Source: Pecten maximus
Taxonomy: Eukaryota
Length of the DNA stretch: 64,000 nt
Reading direction: 5' to 3'
Assembly (NCBI RefSeq): GCF_902652985.1
Contig: NC_047029.1
Location: forward strand, 32,922,001 to 32,986,000
Made by a program: the position numbers and the translations under genes
The notes under the pieces: generated by a model
The model's input: only the letters and a program-made list of their open reading frames with translations
Told to the model about the DNA's origin: nothing
Database searches by the model: none
In this document: piece by piece, positions 1 to 13,179 of the stretch
Layout: every line of letters begins with the position of its first letter
How positions within the stretch are numbered: position 1 is the first letter of the stretch

Positions 1-39
1 GCAAGCTCACCTTGTAGTAGCTAGTGTCTACCTCAATGA

Positions 40-279
40 AAAACATAATGTGATCGGGTGGGGTGAGCTGCTGAGTGTCTTCGCAGTATGCTTCAGTGAG
101 GTAGCACTATAAATCGGCAAAAGTTCCGGCCTATCACAAGGAGACTTAACACGAACATACCGCAGCCTCCCAAAAAACACATACGCTCTCACCACACGCA
201 TGCATATCGCACGCATGGGAGGCCGTCCTTAAATGACCTTGGCTGTTGATACGACGTTAAACAAAACCAAACCAAACCA
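40..279 (+). mobile_element. 3' part of a mollusc SINE (Meta-core-like), 5' end probably outside the window
   Basis: Core-like GTGTCTTCGCAGTATGCTTCAGTGAGGTAGCACTATAAA, 3' end AAATGACCTTGGCTGTTGATACGACGTTAAAC and (CCAAA)n tail. Diverged copies recur at ~21880-22018, ~27510-27605, ~45980-46120, ~51090-51230 and ~55560-55700. The subfamily name is from recall, not a search. Confidence 0.7.
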
Positions 280-2264
280 GAGCAATTAAGGACACAACCA
301 CGACTGTACAGATCGGCCTTTTTCTCAGCTTCCCAAGCAACACAAAGCATCGAAGTATACACACTTCAGTTCTTCACCTGAGGTTACACGGATGGCGAAT
401 GAGTTGTCAGAGCACCTGCTAAGCTATGAAACTACACCTATTAGCATTTGAACAACAACACAATACATTTTGGTGGGCCTATCATCAGGCATGGGTTTAC
501 AGCCATTTAAATATTGTATATATTTTTTGTCATTAGAAATTCTTTTTGAAAAGATACATGGTAGAAACTTAACAAATGAAAGAAATACTGGTACCTCCAA
601 GCAAAGAGATAAAACAACTTGTCCAAAATAAAACCATCAAATCAGAATCTCCGAGAACGTACCTGATATTTTTCAGAACAGATTAGTAAGCAAACTTTCC
701 CAGCTGGACAGTCCGAATGTTGGCTATTGCAGACGAGAATCCCCTCTCTGAATGGGAAGCATTCTGTCAATTTCACCGGAAATATAGGATTGGACAGCTT
801 GTCCGTCTGAAAACCATTACTCTAAACACTGTAACGAAGGACTATTTGGAGGTTAGCTTAGCTGGCCAATGTGTCGGTTCCATCCTATTGGGGTGTATTG
901 ATTCGGACCACATGATCAATCTTGCAGAGAAAGCTGGTGTATTCACAGTAGTGATTTGGATGATTAGAAGCGACTTGTTTACAGGAAATCACACAGACTC
1001 CTATACGGTTCCCAGTACACCCTAGTTAAAGTACAGTCATATCATGTTCCTGATTCACTTTGATATCCTGATTCAAGAATATCAAACAAGATTATTTTAT
1101 TTTAAATCACAGAGAAACTACACCAGTTATTTTACTTATTTCATGTTTTTTTCTTTTTAATTTTACAGGCTTATATGGTCATTATTTCTTTGTGTGGAAC
1201 CTTGGCACAGTATATATATATATATATATAGTTTTAATTATCATACATTACATGTGTCCAGACGATTAACATTTAAGTTTTTCCAAAATACATGTAATAT
1301 CTTAGAGACAATACAAATATATTGATTTAATCGAGTTTCAAATGTCAAATTTAAATGTAACATTGAACTATTGGTATAATACCATGCAAACAGCTTGACA
1401 CCAAACATTGTAGATCTTGAAGTCTGTATTAGATCTTCAGCATCCAATGAGCTTATGATGAAGAAAGTGATCTGATTATAATATATATTCAACTACACCA
1501 ATTCAGCCACAAATCTCAGTCTCTCTGTTTCAATAAAGTCCATGAAGATATGATTGACAGTTATCAATCATTAATGTCGAAGTGACCCAGGGATCCAATT
1601 AAACATGTACTGATTTTACTATTATTGACTATTTTATCGAGAAAGCTCTTCAATGTAAAGTACAGTAAAGCAGGGCTTAACATAACACCTTAAGTCGGGG
1701 ATGTGTTGTTGTCATGACAGTATTATAACACGGCTCGACATGCTTGAAATGAAACCTCAATATAAGGCACCCCTTATTTATATCTAAACCTCAACATAGA
1801 CCCTTTAGGTATGATACTGCCCTGGACTTCAAATGTATGAAATATTGATGTGATTGAATGGTTAATATGATGTCATTATCTTAATTGTTGTCATGATGTC
1901 ATACACTTGTCATGCATGATGTCATACACTTGTCATGATAATCGTCCAGAGAAGGAAAAAGTAATTGTATAATTTTGCAGGGAAAAAGAATAATTTATTG
2001 TAATAAGGAAGCTCTATATTGTTCCAACGAGAGTTATCAGAAGACAACATATTAGCTCGCTGAGTGGGTTGAAATTCATAATTAAGAGTTTTAAATGTAG
2101 ATCAAGGGTTAGGGTCAAGGCCTGAGTAGATCTGGAACTGTCGCACCAATGACCAATATGGAAAGGTTTTCTTACAAGGAACATCTGTCATTTACCCAAG
2201 GTGTATCATTAAGGTATCATTGACACTACACTGTTTTATTTAAACTTTAGTGACTGTCAATATA

Positions 2265-2538
2265 TAGCCCAGGTTTCCTCTGGCCCTGACACCATGGCCG
2301 AAGTGAGGGTCTATACAGGCGGAATATAACACTGATATGGGACTAAATGGGTATTTTCGGGTAAATAAATATCTCATTTATCTATATATTATGTAAGGTA
2401 GGTGTTATGTCAAGCCCGATTTTATTGTGTTTGCACCAAAATCTTAGCAACACAAAACGGTGTCGGAGAATTCCATGTTTTCATTGTGGCTCGATCTACA
2501 CCAGACATGGGTGTCAGGGTCAGAGGAAACTCAGACTA
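2265..2538. mobile_element. Non-autonomous DNA transposon (MITE) with TAG...CTA termini and ~9-bp TSD (AcademH- or hAT-like)
   Basis: Imperfect ~30-bp TIRs TAGCCCAGGTTTCCTCTGGCCCTGACACC / GGTGTCAGGGTCAGAGGAAACTCAGACTA; flanks GTCAATATA / GTCAATATT. Confidence 0.75.
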
Positions 2539-2839
2539 GTCAATATTTAGATGCCGCCAGGTGAGCTGAAAACACACTGGTCAGTGTGCAATTACATTAA
2601 AGTTGCATTTTACAGGAGTTTAAAAGTGACACAATGTATTTATGATATTATTGTGATTATTTTGGCTATCAATCAAACATCTTAATAACCTTACAAATTC
2701 AAGTTATGTGGACCTTTGTTCAAGGTATAATGTCATTCTGGTCTAATATCTTAACCACATTTCTTATAATTATACCGACTCAATGCAGGCACTACATAAT
2801 CTTATAAATCCCATGACCAGTTCACAGATCTAAACGATG

Positions 2840-3008
2840 AAGGCGCCTGGGGTTCGATTCATCCTAACACGTGAATTACATGTAAGGTATATGTGTCACC
2901 TGTAACCACCCAAGATTTGTCCTGGTTTCCTCAAAACAGACCCAAAAATGCACTTTCATCCCAGACAAAAGCGAAATGTGAAATAAATTAAACTTTAAAC
3001 AATTAAAT
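2840..3008 (+). mobile_element. Highly degenerate tRNA-derived SINE remnant
   Basis: B-box-like GGTTCGATTC, internal CTGGTTTCCTC and an A-rich tail. Confidence 0.35.
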
Positions 3009-3785
3009 GAGCTGACAATAAATTACTGCATAATACACTCCTTCACCAGATGTAATACTTTTTAAACAACATTCTACAAAAACTTTTTTTGAAATCGATC
3101 TTTTGTAAAACATCTATAATTCCAAATTAATGTACACCTGTATACTCGTTAAACTAACTAAGCAGAGGTCGACCTACTATTGCTGATAATCCTCGTAGCA
3201 TAAATTCAAACAAAGTGTACTCGATCCTGTTGAAATAATGGTATTTTATAGCTAATTCAGCAGACACATTCCTTTAAAATATGCAAACAATTTATCATTT
3301 ACAAAGTTCTGAGACCGATTCTTTGAAAGTTTTCTTGAATGAATTGAAAACACAACAATCTGTAATAATACATTACCCATGTAAAGAAAAAAGTACCCAG
3401 TATCAATTGTGACAAATTTGGTTGTCGTACTTTGTACATACCGTATTTTACCAAATTAAAAAGATATTTCATCAAACTGACTATAAGTTCATAAAAGCAA
3501 AAAAATCTTTTAGTTTCATTTTTTTTGGACAAGCAAACTTTCCAGGACTATTTCAGATGAAGGATTAAGGGTTAACACAATTTTGTTATTTCAAATACAT
3601 GTATCCATCAACAAACAGCTGGGCATTAAAATAAAATTGACTTTTGATTTAAAACGAAAAATACTCTGTAAATCTGGCTTAGGAACCTCCTATAAACTAT
3701 GGCCCATAGTTTGTTATGTTATAGGTAATTGTTGTGGGATAATCCACCTCGGGTGAGGTTAGGTCATTTTTACCGAGACTTAATA

Positions 3786-4254
3786 CCGTATTATCCTGTA
3801 ATAATACCCAGGGGGCCAACACCTAAACTTTATGTCAAAGAAGAATGAGGGCTATTGTTATATTTCAGGACAATGAAATCATCTTTGCTAGTTTTTTTTC
3901 AAGACCAGCTGCAAGAGAAAAGGGTGGGCTTATTTGACCAAGGCAAAAGTTTGTTGCTGGATTATACGGTAACACACACCATATTTCTTCTCAAATAAGC
4001 TCCCCTCCCCTAATATTAAAAAAAAATGAGTTGGCTAATTACCAGGCAAGAGTTTGATGCTGGAAAACATGGTAATACACACTGTCTTTATCCTAAAATA
4101 AGCCCCTCCCCACCGTAAGTTTTGTATTAAGGTTTTAGGAGCTGGGCTTATTTGTGAACTTCCTTTGAAGCTTATATGCTATTTTAAAATTTACTATTCT
4201 GTAATATGAACAGGGCTTATTTGTTGGTGAGGGTTTATGTGTGGATAATTACGG
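3786..4254. mobile_element. Tc1/mariner-pogo-type MITE
   Basis: TA|CCGTATTATCC ... GGATAATTACGG|TA termini with TA target site; internal AAATAAGCCC/GGGCTTATTT motifs in both orientations; partial internal terminus near 3959-3971. Confidence 0.6.
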
Positions 4255-5459
4255 TAATTATCTGTATAACTTGCAATATAGATATGGACACAATTCCAAA
4301 GGAGTCTTAGAGATGTATACATGATGTAATTTGTGAAAACTTTCAAACATCAACAGTGGTCGAGTGTCTGTGAAAATCTTACCTATACAAATCACTTGAC
4401 CCTCAGTTTTACTGGTTAATCGGCCTAAATCATCTTTACATTCACAGCGGATGCCACAGTAGGTAGCGACCGTTTCTTCACTAAATGGTCAGGTAACAAA
4501 CTATATCTTTTCAACGATAAACGTAAATGTATTTTACTGTAGCTTCGTCAATCCTTAGACTATACTTAACAATTTGAAGAAAACTTTAAAACATATGTTA
4601 CCTCTAAGCTGTGTTTCTGTAGTGATACTTGTATGTCCCATGTCATGGATCTACAGGATGATCACTAAAATCCAGAATCCAAACTCTAATCTCCGATAAG
4701 TACCTCATTATCCCTTTCAGAGCTCCCTGATCTGTAAATGTTCTATATACCTACACAGAAATATCCACGTAAACATTCACCACAAATCTCAAAATTACCA
4801 ATTGAACAACAAAACTTTGGTAAATCCCCTGTGTTCATTTTGTTGTTCGACTATTTTTTTTACAAAAGCCTTTCTCCTCTTTTTATTGTCCATCTTAAAG
4901 TATAATGGAAGTTTTATTGTCAATTACATGGTTTAGGTGGCTGGAAATCTAGTCTGGCCCATAAGTTCCTGGCTAAATTTCACATCATTCACACAATTTT
5001 CCATACCTCTGTATCTTTTGAAGGATTCATGCCATAAATTTAAGTTGGATAGAATTATATACTGCGGTATATATGTTTTTTTAATTTTGAAACAATGACC
5101 TTGAAAATTGGTAAAAACCTCCCACATAAATAGTGATACAGGTAAATTAGGACAGATGCTTCACAATTTTTTCCACAAAGAATCAATTTATTACATAAAT
5201 ATATACATAAGGTGTACATTGTTGAACTTCGTAGTATACATAATACCAAAATTACAAAACAAAGAGAGGTAACTCTTGCATCAAAACTTAGCTAATTTCT
5301 TTTTGTAATGCAGTGGTCTTGAAAAGTTCTTGAATGATATTTTCTCCACATACATACAATGGCAGCTATTTCAGCATTTTACTAAGAAGGGTGTGACATG
5401 CGGATTCAAAATTTACATCAAGGCCAAATGCATGATTTAAGATTAATTATGATTAAAGG

Positions 5460-5625
5460 TTGAACTTTGACCCAAGATTTTGCCAAGAGGTCAAAGATAT
5501 TGCCAAGGTGTTAAACTTTGAACCACTATTTTGCCAAGAGGTGTTCAACTATTTTGACCCACTATTTTGCCCTATTTATAACCCAGAGTAACATTCAACT
5601 TTCAACCAATATTTAGCCAAGAAGA
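5460..5625. repeat. Degenerate minisatellite (AACTTTGACCCANNATTTTGCCAAGAGG-like units)
   Basis: Four to five imperfect tandem copies visible. Confidence 0.55.
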
Positions 5626-6941
5626 GTATACAACTTCTGCCAGAAGGGACTGGAGTAAACTTTGGGAATACAATGTGATTTATCTTCAGTTAAACTTTGC
5701 TGCCTGTTACGTTAATATTTCAAGGACTCTAGCTGTACATCACTGTCGGTTTCCTTTATCATGCAGTGAGTTCAAGGTACTGTTAAAACTCGTGTAATTT
5801 GCACAGTTTTTTTGTACTTAACCAAAGTTTAAAGTTGGGGGTGTGCAAATTATACAGGTAGAGACATTTTCAAATGTTTTTTAACAGAAAAAACATTGTC
5901 AATTCTCCATGTCCGCCATCTTGGAAAACAACAGAAATTCCTGTTAGAAACTTCAAGACTGTTAAACATACACAGCAATTTATTCTTATTAAATATATCA
6001 GATAATGAAGTGATATTGTATAGCTACCTACTATATATGTTGATACTTGAGTTAATTAGTATGGGTATTCAAATAAATACAGTACTTCAAATACCCTGGT
6101 AAGTTATTTTGATTTTTTATCATCAACACAATATATTAAACAGATCATTATATACAGTCTACAAATGGTCAGTCAAAAGTTAGTATTAAACAAAACAACA
6201 TCACTTCCCTTCTTTAAAATGTCTTACATCAAGTCTTATTAAGTGGTGGAACAACCAAGTTTTACACAAAAAAATGTTAACGAGACCTTGAATCCTTCAC
6301 CTAGCTGCTATCTTTCTGCTGGCCTTCTCACCACCAGACTGTGTGTTGTTCATTCATATGAAAACATGTTTAAAGAGTACAAAAATGTACAAACTTACAC
6401 ACATTACCCCAAATCTATTGTCACAAAATAATGTCTTTTTAAAAGCTTTGCATCATACAAATTTGGAGGAAATTTGAAACTTCCGGAACATGTACACATA
6501 CTACCTGTTCTCAGTATATAAATTACTAAACAGACTAAAGTGATTTTAATTTAATTCACAACTTTACAATTATAAATAGATTTTGTAAACTTGGAGAACA
6601 TCAGAGTGAATGGAAGTTTATTTTCTGTAAATAACACCTGGTATAACCAGTTTATCAACAGTAGATTTTTAGAAGCTGATTCAGTGTTGTTGTCTGTGTC
6701 TGATTCAACCGTCGTTAAAATATCTACAGGTATATACGTGTATATGAGTCACCATATTAAAGCTAATAAATGCACCTGCTATTATGCACGACTCTCTGTG
6801 GGTTTTTTGTCTTGGAAAAAATAAGGGGAAGGTTATATTAAGATTGTCAAATAGCATCCTCAATACTGCGGAAGTTCATCATACTGCTGGGTGTCTTCAG
6901 CGAGGTACTGCTGTAAAGTCAACAACGTTAAAACTTATGAA

Positions 6942-7275
6942 AATAATAATTTCATATACTACTATATCACAGCAACATAGCCATCTCAAAGTGGTTCACA
7001 AATTATTATCCAGGTTATAGGACCTTCAGCAACCAGCCAATGTCTTTCTCAACTCCCTAGGGAGCATACAGCCGGAGCTGCCATTTCGACCCCAACACTT
7101 TACACAATGACAATTTCTTACACTGCCCTAGGGCGTACTCATTTACAGATGAGCCAATCAAAACACAAGGGGGTAGAGTATCTTGTTTAACGATACAACA
7201 CAATTCATTGGGATTCGAACCAGAGACCCTTTGGTTACATAGCCATGGACTGTGTCCTACCAATACACCACTGTA
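6942..7275 (-). mobile_element. tRNA-headed CORE-type SINE, near full length
   Basis: Minus strand shows a tRNA-like head with B-box GGTTCGAATCC, CORE-like AACAAGATACTCTACCCC...CTGTAAATGAGTAC, then GAAATGGCAGCTCCGGCTGTATGCTCCCTAGGGAGTTGAG and an ATT tail. The 3' half matches plus-strand copies at ~17716-17885, ~22975-23142 and ~47065-47212. Confidence 0.75.
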
Positions 7276-8529
7276 GTGCCTCACGCTTTCACAAGTAAAC
7301 CACAAAACAAAGTCATGGACCTGGAGGCGGTGAATCATGGCCAGTTACTAACTAAAGCACATATTGGGACAAGAGGGTCTGTATTAGGACTCAAATATAC
7401 AGGCAGGAAATGACTGGACTGCATTGATATTCCTTTAGATATTTCAAGATAACCAATTAAGGTATCAATTGGTGTACCTAAGAGGTATAGAAGATACAAT
7501 TTACAACAATTAACAATTGGTTGTCAGTGAAGTAAATTTAGCATAACTGAAAGAAGTCAGTGATGCAGATCCATGACTTGGTGCATTCTTGACCTATGAA
7601 ATCACTCTTCTACAGCTAGGGTTGTCAAATCTCATCGCAGAAAATGTATATGGCTTTCTAAACAATGCCAAACATCATTCTAAGGTTTAAAACTTACTTC
7701 CCTCATATATGTAACAATACCGGTTTATACATCTGGACAGACTTGAACAATCAAAAACAAATGTCTTAAGATCTTTTAACCAACAGAGCATCAAATATAT
7801 TCCAAAAAGTATTGTTAATCATTGTTTTTGTATGTGTTTCAAGCTTAAATAGAACTTTGAGAGTATGTTTTTGACTCCCAAAAATTATATTTGACTCCTG
7901 GGATTGAAGGAGCATATGTCTGTTTGACATACATTTTGATATTTTGACCCCTCAGATTTCTGCAAAAAAAGTTATTTAATTCTGAAATTGCTAAAATCAA
8001 GAGTAATCTAGATGCCAGAAGCCCTGTGGTTACAATTCATACATTGTATTAAATCAAGATGTTTCCAAAAATAGATATGTGGAACTCTTTTGCATTTCAC
8101 AAAAAGACAGTCACCCTACAAATCTTTTTACAAAATATTGATGTTTATGTATTTGGGTAAATGCGCTTTACAGAACAAAACCTTTTGTTTGTAGTGATTA
8201 TGAATTATTGATGACATAGAAATCAATATATTTCCAGCTAGTGTACTGACAAATAGTTAGCATTAGGTCGTACCAATAGGATTTTTGAGCTTTCAGATTT
8301 TAAGAGTATGTCAGTTGAGATTTCATATATTGGCTTGCAATTCAAAGAAGCACATATTTTAAAATCTTCCTTACAACCTCAATTTTAAAATTTTTAGCTT
8401 ACTGTAGATTCTTAAAGTGTGTGATATGTCTAATAACAAAGCCATTAATTCAAACTTGGATCGATTAAACAAGTGCAAAATTTTGGAAAATTATCAATGT
8501 GCATGGAGACTTCTGGAAAAGTACCAGGA

Positions 8530-9090
8530 TATTTGGACCAGGTGTCCAGGAGGAGCAAGCGTCCTCATCCATGTCACCCACCGTGTATTAATCTAGGTCA
8601 CACTCTCAAATGAGAGTGACAGGGTGTTGACAATGGAACCCCTGCGCAAATCAACAAGCATCAAACATATACATATGTATGTAACAGATTGCAGGATTAA
8701 ATTAATTTATCATGCGCTCATATTGTTTCAGGCAATCTAGAACATCTATTTTTAAATGAGATCATGATGTTTGGTCTTCACAACGTGTATCGCTCAAAAC
8801 CTTCAATATATTGACATCTGTCATGGAACTCATGACAGCGGGAACAACTCAGATCCTTAAACATTGAATCAACTGTGACAAGTAAACAGTGTTGGTTGGG
8901 GATGCAGGCATGCTGCTATCTATCAAGGGAAACTTAACAATTTGGATAATGGAATCATCATCCTTATTATGCAGCTTAGTTGTAAGTTATCCTGTTGGCC
9001 ACATTTTAAGTACAAATCAAGGTAAAAATGGTCCCTGTTGATGAGTCTGTATATGTATAGTGTCCTTGATTTCAAGTTCAATTAGAAACT
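8530..9090 (-). mobile_element. Decayed Penelope-like retroelement relic (RT C-terminus plus 3' region)
   Basis: Minus-strand translation of ~8900-9085 gives fragments ELEIKDT..DSST..YLDLYL....LTTKL...DD....IVKFP, matching the bivalve Penelope-like RT end; many disruptions. Confidence 0.6.
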
Positions 9091-9549
9091 CTAATTACTA
9101 TATATATAGTGCTTGTAAACTATATATATATATATATACAAATTATTGTCATTGATCAATCAAATGTTGTGTTAAAGAATTAATGATTGTATCCTATTTA
9201 GGTAAAAATGTAAGCTAGCAATAGTACAAATACCAGTTTAGTTTGATCTTATACATATCTATATGGTCTATTGAATAGATATATATGTTTTCATTACAGA
9301 TTTTACTGACTCGAGTTCAGTTATAACGGACGATAAAACATTATCTTAACATAAAACATTCTCGTGCTTACATTTTAGGATCCCTTGGCTGTATCATACA
9401 AAGTTTAAGTGATTACTGCGCGAGACGAAACCTTCCTAAAAATATACTAAATGGAAGTTGTGACACATATCACGATCATGTACATGTAGCGAGAACACAT
9501 GTCTTGAAAGTCTCTACCAAAACCTGACAAACTGGTCCAAAAAACTTAC

Positions 9550-9870
9550 CGGCGCCGTACCCACTTCAACATCACGAGAACCGATGTCCGTAATCGTCTG
9601 CAGTACCTTGGGAACTCTACGCGAACATGTCAGGATGTCGAAAGTCCTATGGAACGACTTCCTCAACTGTTTCCCCCATTCCACGTTGTTGTATATACGA
9701 AACACAATCCAGTTAAATGCCCTGTTAAAATAGACTGCCCGAGAAAAGGTACTGCTACCCTGTTGCCTTTTGTGTTCTGCGGTATGTGACCTTCAAGCAA
9801 TGACCCGTGACGCGACTTTGAGCACACACCCGTGTCAATAGCATCGCGCGCGGGCTTGGTTTTCCGTGGA
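9550..9870 (-). promoter_or_regulatory. Putative promoter and first exon of a minus-strand spliced transcript running leftwards
   Basis: Local CpG/GC-rich patch (TGACGCGA, TCGCGCGCG) in AT-rich DNA and a strong donor CCG|GTAAGT at 9550/9549. No convincing long ORF. Confidence 0.4.
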
Positions 9871-10334
9871 TAATTGCTCTAAAACGATACCTTGTTGAAA
9901 ATACAGTAATTCATACGTATTGCTATATACCTTTCGTGTATAACGAGCTTACTTGTACATATTTAAGCTAGCTCTAGATCTACAACATTTCGTTTACAAA
10001 CCAGACTGGCAATCGGATAGATTTTAAAGATAATGGCTCTGTAACAAAAACGTATGATAGATTACATAATATGTCTGTATTTTTAAGCGGTTATTGATAA
10101 CAGCTAGATGCCAATCTATTCGTCTATTGTCTTATCGCTTAAGTACACAAGTAACGTATACGTACTTGAGTACGTAAGCACTGCTAAACTAGCGAGCAAA
10201 ACATATTACTATTGGTCGAGAGTTCGAAACCCACTTAGGGCAGTTGCCTGGTACTCTTTCAAGGGGAAATTTCACCACCAATTTTGTATTCCACGGATGA
10301 TAATGATTGTTTTATTTTGAAATGTACTTTTTAA

Positions 10335-10990
10335 AAGAAGGATGTCCATCGTTAAAAATAAATATGATAAATATATTTCTTTTGATGTATGCAGACGACA
10401 TGGTCTTATTTGCAGAATCGCCAAATAAATTACAAAGAATGTTGGATAAATTGAAGAAATATAATACGAGTATAAACTAACGTTAAATACGGAAAAGACA
10501 AAAATAACGGATTTAAGAAATGGCGGTGATATTAGAAACAATGAGATATGGTATTGTGATGATATAAAACTAGAAATTGTAAATCAATTTAATTATATTG
10601 GTATACTATTCAACTTCAATGGTAAATTTAATGTAACCCAAAAACATGTGGCGGATCAAGGGGAAAAGGCATATAACTCTCTCAAAAGCAAGTTAAAAAA
10701 TCATAAATTTAATATTCAAGAAGAAAGGGTAGCATCTAATGACACCTTGGTATTGACAGAGACCTATATAGTATATAGGTCTCTGGTATTGAATATTCAG
10801 GCTGTGAACAAAATAGGATAAAGTTATTTATGGAATTCTGATTGTAGCGAGAAAAATAGCTTTTAATGTGATTAAACAAAGATTTTATGATATGTTTATC
10901 AACAGGAGCTTCTATATAATATTAGTGATATTTCTAAAGGTAAACTATAGAATGATAAATTCTCTTTACAGTTCTACTTGCACTAGCGAA
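10335..10990 (+). mobile_element. LINE reverse-transcriptase fragment (RTE-X/L2-like), decayed
   Basis: Translation IFLLMYADDMVLFAESPNKLQRMLDKL...LNTEKTKI...LEIVNQFNYIGILF (YADD motif), with frameshifts. Confidence 0.8.
10757..10785. mobile_element. 29-bp palindromic mini-transposon with 7-bp TSD
   Basis: CAGAGACCTATATAGTATATAGGTCTCTG flanked by GTATTGA on both sides (10750-10756 and 10786-10792). Confidence 0.75.
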
Positions 10991-11450
10991 TCCGCGGGGG
11001 GGGGGGTCCAATTAATAACAATATATATTTACATTTGCCTGGCACTGTCACTATATAGTCTGTTTGAGAGCAGCTCTGGCATTGATGTACGTTTAAATGC
11101 CATCCATCACGCGCTACAATTATCAGCGTATTAATACAACATAAACCGGAACTACACTATCCAGGATAATCAAGTTTAACGACTAATTATTTTGTCTACA
11201 TTATTTGTTATAAAAAATATGCCATTTCCGCATTACGTTGATAATAAAATGATTAACAAAATAGAGTTTGAAAAAAAATCCATGTACTATTTTGTTTGCC
11301 AAAAAGCACACGACCATGTTCCGGCTGTTCCAACGACTGACAAAAAATGTGCTGACTGTCGGCTGTCGGTAAGGTCGGACTTATGAGTTGATGAATTTTA
11401 GATATGAATTATAGCATTGAAAACATAAACAAGTAAAAGGAATGTAAATA

Positions 11451-11595
11451 TAAGCGTTGAACTGTTTTTGTATGGTATTTATGATCTATTTGAATGCCAG
11501 AGTTTTGCAAGCAAACAACATTATGATTTGTTTGCTTACAAAACTCTGGCATTCAAATCCATCATAAATACCATACAAAAACAGTTCAATGTTTA
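11451..11595. repeat. ~145-bp near-perfect inverted repeat (end of a fold-back type non-autonomous element)
   Basis: Arms TAAGCGTTGAACTGTTTTTGTATGGTATTTATGAT...GCAAACAA / TTGTTTGC...ATCATAAATACCATACAAAAACAGTTCAATGTTTA. The lead-in GAATGTAAATATAAGC.TTGAACTGTT is shared with ~38923-38948. Confidence 0.8.
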
Positions 11596-11639
11596 AGTAT
11601 ATTCATTTCTAATACGACAACTTACGTTCAAGATAATGA

Positions 11640-12063
11640 ACGAAATCATCTACAAGAAAAGTACTGGCATACAAATCAGACTGGAGATCGTCTGTGATCA
11701 TTCCCATTTCTCGATGAACTAAGTAATAGATACAATGTTGACCACACACTAGAGAGTTCAAATGCTGTACTGCAAAGGGTTATGACTCCATGTTTTGCAT
11801 TGCCTATCTAAAAATCGATAAAATCTAAATGAAAGGGAGACAATCCATAAGGATCATAATATTCTCCATGTCCTTTCTTCATCTATATAGATAGCAATCC
11901 AATGTTGGCCTTGTTTAGTATATGTGTCAGTATTATAAACCATGAAACTAGGAACACTTAAAGGACATGTAGGTAATGTATTTCTGGCATACACTCCTGC
12001 TAAATGTGGAGAAACAGCTTGTAGGATCAGCTCTATTTCTAATGTAACATGCACTATAATCAA
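11640..12063 (-). pseudogene. Polinton adenain-like maturation cysteine protease, frameshifted
   Basis: VYNTD...GQHWIAIYI (catalytic His), then in other frames GEYYDPYG (Asp) and VCGQHCIYYL (Cys). Confidence 0.85.
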
Positions 12064-12635
12064 AAAGAATTTGCCTGTTACGATCTATTTTTTTTTTATA
12101 ATGTTGTCGAATTCAGCACACACTACAACGTTGATGGTGTTGGGTAGAGCTGTCCCAAAATGCACTTCCAAAGACATGTTTCCCCTCTGATGAAATGTGC
12201 CCACTTCTGAAAGAATGGTGTCATATCAAAACCAAACAACGTAAAACCAGTGCCATACTCGTCTCTCGAAATATTATTTCCTTCATCGTGATGTATTTTA
12301 CCAGTTGTCGTAAATAGACCCATGTACCTTCTTATGTTATGTTTAACCGTGAAATTGGGCTGCAAAGGCTTGGTGGGCCTCTTGCCATCCACGTTCAAGA
12401 CAACAAAATCATTATAAAAATCTTTAAAATGAAAAGGATTCTTGGTGATGAGTCCACTATAGGCATCACTGTCCACACATCCGATGACCAATCTCTTAGG
12501 CACTTGTCCTAGAAACAGATTATCCTTTACAAAATTGTGATTTCCCCTTGGAACAGAAAATACTTTCATTTCGATTCTTCTGATTTGGTATTTGACAGGT
12601 GATAGTTCCAAAGCTTTTGCATGGGCTAGTCTCAC
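12052..12635 (-). pseudogene. Polinton major capsid protein (PY/hexon-like), C-terminal half only
   Basis: LAHAKALELSPVKY...DNLFLGQVPKRLVIGCVDSDAYSGLITKNPFHF...GFTLFGFDMTP, continuing after a frameshift as MSLEVHFGTALPNTINVVVCAEFDNII. The N-terminal half is absent and the relic abuts the upstream ORF. Confidence 0.9.
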
Positions 12636-12639
12636 CGAT

Positions 12640-13075
12640 GGACTCCATTTTATCTAAATATTCGTTATTACTTATCCAGCTCTGCGGGACATTTACATTC
12701 CTGAGAGCTGTTAGAAAGGTATTCATACCATGTGGATTGACATGTTTCAGAGACCTTTGACGTGTAGCGTTGCCCACTAAATCCACCAAATTTGAACCTG
12801 GGATCACTGTTTGGCCTTTATATCCGAATTCCACCCTGTCGTTCCAATCTACGACCTGTTTTAACCAATCCATCAGCATTTCTGTTTTAGAGTGAGCAGT
12901 TTTTTGGCACACTTTGTAAAACAATTTGACGTGTGACATCCTCTTTGGGGGTATCGATCTTTTCAGTTGTATTCACGATCCTGTGTGGAACACCATCTTT
13001 TTCTAATTGCTGATATCTTAACATGTACGTTTCTAAATTTTGATTGTATTTTTTAATCCACAGGAACATACTCAC
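12640..13075 (-). pseudogene. Conserved Polinton hypothetical protein
   Basis: IVLQSVPK...VDWNDRVEFGYKGQTVIPGSNLVDLV...PHGMNTFLTALRNVNVPQSWISN, a motif pattern typical of Polinton/adintovirus ORFs. Confidence 0.7.
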
Positions 13076-13179
13076 ATTGTAATGTATTTGTCATTTCTTC
13101 ATTTATATCGGGCATAGATTTTACCAAGGAGTCTAAAGGAGGCTTAGGTTTGACGTTCGTCTTCTTCTTCTTCTTTTGA

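Noticed and set aside
717-1025. 102-aa plus-strand ORF
   Set aside because: No recognisable motif, no in-frame splice context, and an upstream in-frame stop at 684.
6870-6885. Box C (ATGATGA) of a possible C/D snoRNA on the minus strand
   Set aside because: No box D at a suitable distance and no terminal stem.
7180-7275. tRNA gene (also the B-box at ~10220)
   Set aside because: A tRNA-derived SINE head only; no complete cloverleaf.
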